This document shows, piece after piece, positions 19,303 to 27,724 of a stretch of DNA of 64,000 bases. Made by a program: the position numbers and the translations under genes. The notes below the pieces were generated by a model. That model saw only the letters and a list, made by a program, of their open reading frames with translations. It ran no database searches and had not been told where the DNA came from. The DNA lies in contig JBDRNC010000018.1 in the NCBI GenBank assembly GCA_043811535.1, positions 64,001 to 128,000 on the forward strand, in the 5' to 3' direction. The stretch is from Elusimicrobiota bacterium. Its GTDB lineage: Bacteria; Elusimicrobiota; Endomicrobiia; Endomicrobiales; JBDRNC01. Positions within the stretch are counted from its first letter, which is position 1. The number at the start of each line of letters is the position of its first letter.

Positions 19303-19696
19303 TTCGCTCCTCTAGTTTCTGTCTTAGGTCCGGCGGCATCCTTACCGGTTTCATCGCGCGATTGACCAGCGGATGCCTGGTATAACCCGCCGCCAGCAGC
19401 TTTCCGCCGCATAATATTTCGTAATCGAATTTTACGCTTGCCGCGCCTATTTCTCCGAGCACGGTCTTAACGGTCACGATATCGTCGTATTTCGCGGGCG
19501 AGCTGTATTTGCACAGGCATTCCATTACCGGGAAAAAACAGCCTTTTTCCTCAAGGTCCTTATACTTGATACCCGCGTCCCTGAGCCATTCCGTCCTTCC
19601 GCGTTCAAAGTAGACCAGATAATTTGAATAGTAAACCATTCCCATCTGGTCAGTGTCGGCGTAGGGTACCCGGATTTCTATCTGATTTATATTCAA
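19295..19696 (-). CDS. Acyl-CoA thioesterase (YbgC/FadM hotdog family)
   Basis: RVPYADTDQMGMVYYSNYLVYFERGRTE. Confidence 0.9.
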   Translation of the reverse strand: MNINQIEIRVPYADTDQMGMVYYSNYLVYFERGRTEWLRDAGIKYKDLEEKGCFFPVMECLCKYSSPAKYDDIVTVKTVLGEIGAASVKFDYEILCGGKLLAAGYTRHPLVNRAMKPVRMPPDLRQKLEERNG

Positions 19697-19808
19697 GCAC
19701 CGTACCCCTATATCAATTGTTATTACCGCTGGCTAGTTCGTTTAACCGTTTGAAGGTTTAAGAGTTTAACGTTAAACGCTTAAACATTAAACCTTAAACT
19801 ATTATTTA

Positions 19809-20798
19809 TTATTTGTACTGTTTTTTCATCTCGTCGAGAGACATGCCTTTATAGTCGCCTGCATGCCCGTTCGTGCCGAAATCAAGCATCTTCTTTTCTA
19901 TGAGCGCGGCCAGCTGTTCGCGGGCCGGGCCGAGGTAATCCCGGGGATCAAACTTTTCCGGGCTGGTGGCGAAAACTTCGCGTATGGCCGCGGTCACGAC
20001 AAGCCGTCCGTCGGTATCGACGTTAATCTTTGAAACGCCCATCTTGATGGCTTTCTTAAGGTGTTCCATAGGGACGCCCGTGGCGCCCGGCATTTTACCG
20101 CCGTATTTATTGACCTTATCTATGAGTTCCTGTGGCACCGAAGACGCGCCGTGCAGAACGAGAGGGATATTAACCAACCCGCGCACTTTTTCAAGCACGT
20201 CGAACGCAAGTTCCTTGCTGCCTTTGAACTTGTACGCGCCGTGCGAAGTTCCGATGGCTATCGCGAGAGCGTCGAGTTTCGTGGCATCCACAAATTTCTT
20301 CGCTTCATCGGGATCCGTAACGTGTATGGAACCCGAACCTACGCCGTCCTCAATACCGCCGAGGCGCCCGATCTCGCCTTCAACTGTCACGCCGTACTGG
20401 TGGGCGTATTCAACCACCGAGCGCGTAACCTTGACATTGTAATCGTAGTCCGACGGCGTTTTGCCGTCTTCCATGAGCGAGCCGTCTATCATCACGGACG
20501 AAAATCCGAGTTCGATGGCTTTCTTGCAGGAATCAAGCGAATTGCCGTGGTCAAGATGCATCGCGACGGGTATATCCGGGTTTTCTACGACCGCGGCTTT
20601 CATAAGATATCCTAAATATGTGAAATTGGAATATTTCAGCGCGCCGCGGCTTGCCTGGATTATCACCGGCGATTTCGTTTTCTGGGCGGCGGACATGATC
20701 GCCTGTATCTGCTCCATATTATTGACGTTGTAGGCTCCTACTCCGTAACCTTTTTTCCTTGCTTCTTCAAGAATTTGTTTCATCGGCACTAATGGCAT
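19809..20798 (-). CDS. fba: Class II fructose-1,6-bisphosphate aldolase
   Basis: HLDHG, SSVMIDGS, GTSHGAYKF, LVLHGASS, KINVDTD. Confidence 0.95.
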   Translation of the reverse strand: MPLVPMKQILEEARKKGYGVGAYNVNNMEQIQAIMSAAQKTKSPVIIQASRGALKYSNFTYLGYLMKAAVVENPDIPVAMHLDHGNSLDSCKKAIELGFSSVMIDGSLMEDGKTPSDYDYNVKVTRSVVEYAHQYGVTVEGEIGRLGGIEDGVGSGSIHVTDPDEAKKFVDATKLDALAIAIGTSHGAYKFKGSKELAFDVLEKVRGLVNIPLVLHGASSVPQELIDKVNKYGGKMPGATGVPMEHLKKAIKMGVSKINVDTDGRLVVTAAIREVFATSPEKFDPRDYLGPAREQLAALIEKKMLDFGTNGHAGDYKGMSLDEMKKQYK

Positions 20799-20817
20799 GT
20801 AATTCCTCCCGGATTGT

Positions 20818-21834
20818 TTATTTTTTGGACGCTTTTTTGGGTTTCTTGTTCTCTCCTGCGGATTTTGCGCGGGGTTCGGCGTAATATTTTATATCCCGGA
20901 ATTTCCGGTACCTGTCTTCTTCCACTTTTTCCGGCGTGAGCTTATTCAACTCCGCGAGATTCCTTAAAATCGATTCTTTTACGCTCTCCGCCGTCTTTTT
21001 CGGGTCGCGATGAGCGCCGCCCAGCGGTTCGGGTATTATTTCATCCACAATACCGAGCTGTTTCAGGTCAACCGCCGTTATCTTGAGCGCGGTTGCCGCC
21101 TGCGCCGCCTTTGTCGCGTCCCTGAAAAGTATCGCGGCGCAGCCTTCGGGGGATATCACCGAGTAGTACGCGTTCTCAAGCATCAGTATCCTGTTTGAAA
21201 CGCCTATGCCCAGCGCCCCGCCCGAGCCGCCTTCGCCGATCGTCACGCTTATAACCGGTATCTTAAGACCTGCCATCTCCCTGAGGTTCCTGGCGATGGC
21301 TTCCGCCTGCCCGCGTTCTTCGGCGGCAATGCCCGGATAAGCTCCGGGGGTATCTATGAAAGTTATGACCGGCCTGCCGAATTTTTCCGCGAGCTTCATC
21401 ACTCTCAGCGCCTTGCGGTAGCCTTCCGGGTTGGCCGAGCCGAAATTCCTGTCCATGTTCTCCTGCAGGGTACGTCCTTTCTGCTGGCCTATCACCGCAA
21501 CCGGCTCGCCGTCAAGGAAAGCCATCCCGCATACCATTGCCCTGTCGTCGGCAAATGCCCTGTCGCCGTGCAGTTCTATAAAATCGTCAAATATCATTGC
21601 GATATAATCCAAAGTGTAGGGGCGCTTCGGGTGGCGGGCAAGCTGGACTCTCTGCCATTCCGTCAGGGAGCCGTATATGTCGTGCTTCAGTTTTTTCGCT
21701 TTTTCATCAAGGTCCCTGAGCTCGGCCGAAATATCCGAGCCGGAAGTCTTCGCGGATTCTTTGAGCGCGGTTATCCTGCGGTCCATCTCTGCTATGGGTT
21801 TTTCGAATTCAAGCATTCTTACATCATCGTGCAT
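20818..21834 (-). CDS. accA: Acetyl-CoA carboxylase carboxyltransferase alpha subunit
   Basis: [42 protein letters not shown]. Confidence 0.97.
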   Translation of the reverse strand: MHDDVRMLEFEKPIAEMDRRITALKESAKTSGSDISAELRDLDEKAKKLKHDIYGSLTEWQRVQLARHPKRPYTLDYIAMIFDDFIELHGDRAFADDRAMVCGMAFLDGEPVAVIGQQKGRTLQENMDRNFGSANPEGYRKALRVMKLAEKFGRPVITFIDTPGAYPGIAAEERGQAEAIARNLREMAGLKIPVISVTIGEGGSGGALGIGVSNRILMLENAYYSVISPEGCAAILFRDATKAAQAATALKITAVDLKQLGIVDEIIPEPLGGAHRDPKKTAESVKESILRNLAELNKLTPEKVEEDRYRKFRDIKYYAEPRAKSAGENKKPKKASKK

Positions 21835-21921
21835 ATGACTCCTGTAAAACCAAATGGCTAATTGTTAAATGGTTTTAAGCTTGTCAGCCATTTAGCCGTT
21901 TAGCCATATAGCCATTTATCT

Positions 21922-22713
21922 TTAAAACCTTCCCGAATAGCTGATTTTAACGATTCTCTCCGGTTTGCGGTAAGTGATTATATTCGTGGTCGGGTCGGTT
22001 TTTTCCTCGTATGCTCCGATGTCTCTTCCCGCGACATCAATATAAAGGCTTTCCGTGACGAACATCCTTATGCCCGCGTTCACAAAACTGTCAGGTATAT
22101 AATTTACCCTGTCCCACTCGGCCAGAAAAGCGGCTTTGTCCTCAACCGTATAAACGATGCTCGTGAAACCAAATACCGTATTTTTCTTGAAATCGTTCAT
22201 GTTGCATCCGACATTTATCTCAAGCCCGGGTGTAAGCATTTCACGTCCGAACACTATAAAAATGCCTTTCTCTTTCTGCGTGAATTCACTCGCCGTCTTA
22301 TCAAAATAATTCCCCTGACCGTCGTAGCCGATAGCTATCGCCGGAAGGACCATGCCTCCTTCGAAAGGCCTGAGCTTGACGAGCAGGCCCGGGGGGCCCA
22401 CGACAGCGTTTTCAGTGCCGATGACCCTGCTCACTTCCCAGCCGAATCCAAGGTTGACTATTTTGAAAACTCCGAATTCCAGCCGCGTCAGGACGCCGCC
22501 TTCCGAAAAAAGGCGGAAGTCCAGCGTATAATTGCCGTAACCGATCATCCCCGTCATTGGGGTATCAATGACCCGCGAATTCTCTGACATGCCTGCTTCC
22601 GCAGAGATGGAAGAAGGAAGAATGAAGATGGAAGCAACTGCAAAAACGAAAAAAGATAAAAATATTAAAGATGCTATTTTACTCCGCGCATTTATACTCG
22701 GTGATTTTACCAT
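21922..22713 (-). CDS. Exported hypothetical protein, probable outer-membrane beta-barrel (YjbH-like)
   Basis: Signal-like N-terminus, IDTP motif, amphipathic beta strands, C-terminal Phe. Confidence 0.55.
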   Translation of the reverse strand: MVKSPSINARSKIASLIFLSFFVFAVASIFILPSSISAEAGMSENSRVIDTPMTGMIGYGNYTLDFRLFSEGGVLTRLEFGVFKIVNLGFGWEVSRVIGTENAVVGPPGLLVKLRPFEGGMVLPAIAIGYDGQGNYFDKTASEFTQKEKGIFIVFGREMLTPGLEINVGCNMNDFKKNTVFGFTSIVYTVEDKAAFLAEWDRVNYIPDSFVNAGIRMFVTESLYIDVAGRDIGAYEEKTDPTTNIITYRKPERIVKISYSGRF

Positions 22714-22764
22714 AGTGTGTAATAACCTCTCAAGATGTTCTTCCGTCTTCCATCTTCCGTCTTC

Positions 22765-23739
22765 CTACTTTTTTTTCTTCGGGGTTGTTTTCTTGGGCAT
22801 CTTGCTCTTTTCTACCGCTTCTATCCTGTCCAGCGCGTTTTTCACGGCTGACAGTACGCCGCGGTCGGTGTCCTGCTGAGCCTTTTTCAGGGCCGCGACG
22901 GCTTGCGGCCCGCCGATGTTTCCGAGAGTGTCGGCGGCCGTCATTTTTATCAAAGCTTCGCTGCTGCTCATGGCTTTAAGCGCCACGGCGAGTCCTTCCT
23001 TTGAATTTATCCTGGACAGAGCGTTCGCGGCGTAAACGCTGACTTTCAGGCTCTTGGATTTTAGTTCTTCCTGGAATATAATCAGACTGTCTTTGTCCTG
23101 AAGTTGCCCGCCTATCATAATGGCATCGGCTTTAACGTCCGGGTCGCTGTCTGTCATCGCCTCGCGGATAGCCGCAAAAGAAGCTTTATCTTCGATCTTT
23201 CCGAGAGCGCTCAGGCATGAACGGCGCATGTTCGTGCCCGGATCCTTAAGCCCTTCCAAAAGGGCGGGTACCGCGTCCGGCGATCTCATGGAGCCCAGCG
23301 CGTTGGCGGCGGCAAAACGCGTGCCATCGTCTTTGTCCTTTAGCGCCTTGACGAGGGCCGGAACGGCCGCGACGTCTCCTATATAATTCAGCGCCAGCGC
23401 GCAACTCTGCCTGACATTAGCGTTCGCGTCGTTCTGAAGGACGTTGGAAAGGGCGGGAGTTGATTCCGGAGAGCGGAGAAGGCCAAGCGATTCGGCGGCT
23501 GATGACCGCACAAATGCGTCCTTATCCTTAAGGGCGTCGATAAGAGGCTTAACGGCCGAAGGATTCTGCAGATTCCCGAGATTGGCGGCAGCCCTGCGTC
23601 TCACGGAAACATCTTTATCGTTCAGTTTAGCGATATTATCGGCAAGCGGATCAACCACTGGAGCCGGCGCTGTCTCGGCGAACAAACAAGAACCTGCCAT
23701 ACCTAACACAATGACCGCTGCTAAAAGAACCTTTGACAT
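22765..23739 (-). CDS. Exported HEAT/PBS-lyase repeat protein
   Basis: Repeats of LxDxDxxVRxxAAxxLG; signal peptide; Lys-rich tail. Confidence 0.9.
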   Translation of the reverse strand: MSKVLLAAVIVLGMAGSCLFAETAPAPVVDPLADNIAKLNDKDVSVRRRAAANLGNLQNPSAVKPLIDALKDKDAFVRSSAAESLGLLRSPESTPALSNVLQNDANANVRQSCALALNYIGDVAAVPALVKALKDKDDGTRFAAANALGSMRSPDAVPALLEGLKDPGTNMRRSCLSALGKIEDKASFAAIREAMTDSDPDVKADAIMIGGQLQDKDSLIIFQEELKSKSLKVSVYAANALSRINSKEGLAVALKAMSSSEALIKMTAADTLGNIGGPQAVAALKKAQQDTDRGVLSAVKNALDRIEAVEKSKMPKKTTPKKKK

Positions 23740-23749
23740 TTTACCTCCC

Positions 23750-23981
23750 GAACACCATAAGATTTTACTTATTAGCCTTTAGTGAGGTCCGCCGTGGCGG
23801 ACAAGAACACCATAAGATTTTACTAAATAGCCCTTTGTGAGGCCCCGCCGTAGGCGGGACAAGAACACCATAAGATTTTACTTATTAGCCTTTAGTGAGG
23901 TCCGCCGTGGCGGACAAAAGCTCCAAAAGCGTTGTCCTGAATTGCATTACGTGACCCCCCCCCCGCCGTGGCGGGCGGGAC
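23750..23981. repeat. Tandem array of four dif-like/hairpin units (55, 58, 55, ~64 bp)
   Basis: Units 1 and 3 are identical; 23921-23954 is identical to 17095-17128. Confidence 0.85.
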
Positions 23982-24019
23982 ATCAAAACTAAGATAAAAA
24001 TCAATGAAATGTCAGGTAC

Positions 24020-24049
24020 ATTCTATCTTTTTTTGCCATATCTTGTCAA
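24020..24049 (-). promoter_or_regulatory. Putative sigma70 promoter TTGACA-18-TAGAAT for the HEAT-gene operon
   Basis: Consensus-like hexamers on the minus strand just upstream of the repeat array. Confidence 0.55.
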
Positions 24050-24104
24050 ACCATGCGCAGTCCCGCGGACACAGCGCCTTTCAATTTGAAATCTGTAATT
24101 GTCG

Positions 24105-27100
24105 TCAAGATACAAGTTCCAATGCTTCCGAACCAAGGATCTTATCAACTTCATGAAAAAACTTTTCTTCGGCCTTGGCGTACATATCGGTATCCACAAT
24201 GTACTCGCCCTGGCCGTGCACCAATACCTCAAGAATAACCGGCGACGTCCCGGGATGTTCCGTTATGACCTTTTTAATTTTGTCCAGAAGCCCGTCCTCC
24301 AGCCCGGCCGAAGACAGCTTTATCTTCACTTTTCCGGAGAAGACCGGGAGTTTCTGTTTCGCCTCTTCAAACGTCATTATCTGCTCCGCAAGTATCTCCG
24401 CCTGGCCGTCGGAACCGGAAAACCTTCCCTTGACGACAACCAGACTGTTCGGGACAATATATTTCGAAAGACCGCCGCCGTAATTGCGCGGCAGAACCAC
24501 TATTTCTATCTCGCCGTGAAGATCTTCCAGTTTGAATCTCGCGTATTGCTCCTTTTTCTGCTTGGTGACTAGTTTTTTCGCGCTGGTTATCATGCCTGCC
24601 ACTCTTATTATGGGGCCCTGCCCCTGGCCCTGCGGCGGCGGCGGCAGACGGTCAAGCCTGTACTGGGAAAGCCTCATCAGATCGTGCCTGTGCTGGGCAA
24701 GCGGGTGCCCCGAAAGATAAAACCCGAGGACTTCCCGCTCGTTCGCGAGCGTTGTATGCTCGGACCAAGGCTCAAATTTGACTTTTCTGTCCAGGTCCCG
24801 CGCCATGTCGGATGCCCCGAAAAGCAGTCCCTGCCCGGCAGAAAGGTCTTGTTTCCGGCTGTTGGCCCAATCAAGCGACATGTCAAGCTTGGTAACGAGT
24901 TCGGCCCGCGTGTAGGTGTGGCTTTCGCCGAAACAGTCGAACGCGCCGGCTTTTATAAGGGATTCCAGGACTTTCCTGTTCGCGGTGCGGACATCCACCC
25001 TGCTCAGAAAATCTTCCCACGATTTGAACTCGCCATTTTCTTTCCGCGCCGCGATTATCCCCTCTATCGCCGCGTCTCCGACATTTTTCACGGCGAGCAG
25101 TCCGAATTTTATTCCGTCGCCTTCAATAGCAAAACGCACGTCCGAGCTCTGGATGTCGGGAGAAAATATCTTGATTCCGACGCTCTCACATTCCTGTATA
25201 TAGGTTACCGATTTGCTTTCTTCTTCCTCCTTGCCTATCGCGGAACGCCCTATCTCGGAATTCAAAAGCGCGGTCATGTACTCTATCGGGTAGTTCGCCT
25301 TGCAGTACGCGGTCTGGAACGCGACGATGCCGTACGCCGCGGCATGCGATTTATTGAACCCGTACCCGGCGAACTGGGCCATCTGCTCGAACACTTTCAC
25401 GGCCGTAGCCCTGTCTACGTTATTCTTATGCGCTCCCTGCAGGAATATATCGCGGTACTTTTCCATCTCCTCGGGGATTTTCTTGCTCATAGCCCTTCTC
25501 AAGGTGTCGGCCTGTCCGGCCGTGAACCCGGCCATGTCTACGGCGATGCGCATGACCTGTTCCTGATACACAATGACTCCGTAGGTGTCCTTGAGAATCG
25601 GTTCCAGCAGGGGGTGCTCGTACTTTACCTTGACCCGCTGATGCTTGCGGGCGACGAAATCATCTATCATTCCGGAACCCATCGGGCCCGGGCGGTAAAG
25701 GGATATCAGCGCGATTATGTCTTCTATATCGGTGGGTTTGAGCTTGCGCAAGAGGTCGCGCATGCCGCGGGATTCCAGCTGAAAGATGCCGAGCGTGCGC
25801 GCCTCGTGAAACAGCTTGAATGTCTTTTTATCGTCCAGAGGGATATCGCTGAGTGAAAAATCCTTGTTCCCTCTTTTTTTTATCATCTCGACCGTGTCAT
25901 CAAGCACCGTAAGCGTCCGAAGGCCCAGGAAATCCACCTTCAGCAGCCCCAGTTTCGACAACTGGTCGCCGTCGTACTGCGTGGTGATGATATCGCGCGA
26001 ACCCTTGGACAGCGGAGAGAACTTCGTTATTTCGTCCTTGGCTATGACCATGCCCGCGGCGTGGACCCCCGTATGGCGCTTTAATCCTTCCAGTTTACGC
26101 GATACGTCGATAAGCTTCGCGATCTTTTCGTCGGTCCTTGCCAGGCTCTTAAGCTCGCTGATGGACTGCATGGCGCTGTAAATGTTGCTTCCGAACGGTA
26201 TAAGTTTGGCTATCCTGTCGGCGTCGGATACCGCGAAACCCAATGCCCTGGCGACGTCCCTTATCACAAGGCGCGCCTGCATGGAACCGAAGGTTATTAT
26301 CTGCGCGCAGTTGTTCTGGCCGTACTTGTTGCGGACGTATTCTATGACGCGGTCGCGGCCGGTGTCGGCAAAATCTATATCCAGGTCAGGCATTGTGTGG
26401 CGTTCCGGGTTAAGGAACCTTTCGAACAGCAGACCGTATTTGAGCGGGCAGATGTCCGTAATGCCGAGAACGTATGCCACGATGGAACCCGCGCCCGAGC
26501 CGCGCCCGGGACCCACCGGTATTCCGCCGGACTTCGCGTATTTTATGAAATCCCAGACGATGAGAAAGTACGGCGCGAATCCCATTTTATTTATTATTGA
26601 AAGCTCGTGTTCCAGGCGGCCGGTGTGTTCGGCCGACGGGACGGCGTAGCGTTTTTTTAGTCCTTCCCCGCATAATTCATCCAGGTATTTTTCGGCGGTT
26701 TTTCCGGCTGGCACCGGATAATCCGGAAGATAAAGCTTGTCGAATTTTATTTCAAGCGAGCATTTCTCCGCGATCTCAACGGTATTCTTCACGGCTTCCG
26801 GCGAGTGAGAGAAAAGTTGTATCATTTCCTGCGGCGGGCGGTAGTAGAACAGGTCGGAAGAGAATTTAAGGCGATCGGGCTCGTCAAGCGTCTTGCCCGT
26901 GCCTATGCATAGAAGCACGTCGTGGTTGAAAGCGTCCTCTTTTTTCAGGAAATGGCAGTCATTGGTGGCTACAATGGGTATATCGGTTTTTTTCGCGAGT
27001 TCCAGCTGGAGCGGAATGACTTTTTTCTGTTCTTCAAGCCCGTTATCCATCAATTCAATGTAAAACATCCCGGGTTCGAAGATGTTGCGGTACTCGTACG

Positions 27101-27611
27101 CTATCCTTTCGGCGTCCTTTATCTTTCCCTGCAGGAGCGCCGCCGCCACTTCGCCCGCAAGACATCCGGACATCGCCACAAGGCCCTTGGAATACTGTCT
27201 GAGGACTTCCTTATCCACGCGCGGCTTATAATAGAATCCTTCCAGGAAACCGATGCTGACCAGTTTCATCAGGTTCTGATAGCCCTGCATGTCGCGCGCC
27301 AGCAGGGTCAGGTGATAATAATTCTCTCCGGAAACCTTATCGGTCGCGCGCTCAAGGCGCGAACCGGGCGCGACATAGACCTCGCATCCGATTATCGGTT
27401 TTATGCCGGCAACGCGGCACGCCATATAGAATTCAATCGCGCCGTACATATTGCCGTGGTCGGTAATCGCCAGGGCAGGCATCTTGAACTGGTTCGCGAC
27501 CGTCTGTATCAGCTCGCCGGGCTTCCCGCGGTCATCCAGAATGCGGCAAGCGCCGTCCAGCAGCGAATATTCCGTATGATTGTGTAGATGGACGAATTGT
27601 GAATGTGGCAT
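24105..27611 (-). CDS. dnaE: DNA polymerase III alpha subunit
   Basis: PHP domain (HLHNHTEYSLLDG, TDHGN), GRGSGAGS, PDLDIDF, FNKSHA, OB fold. No intein evident. Confidence 0.98.
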   Translation of the reverse strand: MPHSQFVHLHNHTEYSLLDGACRILDDRGKPGELIQTVANQFKMPALAITDHGNMYGAIEFYMACRVAGIKPIIGCEVYVAPGSRLERATDKVSGENYYHLTLLARDMQGYQNLMKLVSIGFLEGFYYKPRVDKEVLRQYSKGLVAMSGCLAGEVAAALLQGKIKDAERIAYEYRNIFEPGMFYIELMDNGLEEQKKVIPLQLELAKKTDIPIVATNDCHFLKKEDAFNHDVLLCIGTGKTLDEPDRLKFSSDLFYYRPPQEMIQLFSHSPEAVKNTVEIAEKCSLEIKFDKLYLPDYPVPAGKTAEKYLDELCGEGLKKRYAVPSAEHTGRLEHELSIINKMGFAPYFLIVWDFIKYAKSGGIPVGPGRGSGAGSIVAYVLGITDICPLKYGLLFERFLNPERHTMPDLDIDFADTGRDRVIEYVRNKYGQNNCAQIITFGSMQARLVIRDVARALGFAVSDADRIAKLIPFGSNIYSAMQSISELKSLARTDEKIAKLIDVSRKLEGLKRHTGVHAAGMVIAKDEITKFSPLSKGSRDIITTQYDGDQLSKLGLLKVDFLGLRTLTVLDDTVEMIKKRGNKDFSLSDIPLDDKKTFKLFHEARTLGIFQLESRGMRDLLRKLKPTDIEDIIALISLYRPGPMGSGMIDDFVARKHQRVKVKYEHPLLEPILKDTYGVIVYQEQVMRIAVDMAGFTAGQADTLRRAMSKKIPEEMEKYRDIFLQGAHKNNVDRATAVKVFEQMAQFAGYGFNKSHAAAYGIVAFQTAYCKANYPIEYMTALLNSEIGRSAIGKEEEESKSVTYIQECESVGIKIFSPDIQSSDVRFAIEGDGIKFGLLAVKNVGDAAIEGIIAARKENGEFKSWEDFLSRVDVRTANRKVLESLIKAGAFDCFGESHTYTRAELVTKLDMSLDWANSRKQDLSAGQGLLFGASDMARDLDRKVKFEPWSEHTTLANEREVLGFYLSGHPLAQHRHDLMRLSQYRLDRLPPPPQGQGQGPIIRVAGMITSAKKLVTKQKKEQYARFKLEDLHGEIEIVVLPRNYGGGLSKYIVPNSLVVVKGRFSGSDGQAEILAEQIMTFEEAKQKLPVFSGKVKIKLSSAGLEDGLLDKIKKVITEHPGTSPVILEVLVHGQGEYIVDTDMYAKAEEKFFHEVDKILGSEALELVS

Positions 27612-27724
27612 AGTAATTGTGTAATGTGTTATGTTGAATGTGTAATGAAGTGTGTCTGATGCGATGAATTCCGTTTCATCACACTTTACACATTAAACAT
27701 TACACAAATATCGCGTTGTTACTG

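Noticed and set aside
23750..23981. CRISPR array
   Set aside because: Units 1 and 3 are wholly identical, there are no unique spacers and no cas genes.
24684..25856. Long plus-strand ORFs antisense to dnaE, mfd, the TPR gene and others
   Set aside because: Shadow ORFs of GC-rich coding strands with no recognisable motifs.
24105..27611. Intein in dnaE
   Set aside because: Normal length (1168 aa) and no intein terminal motifs seen.
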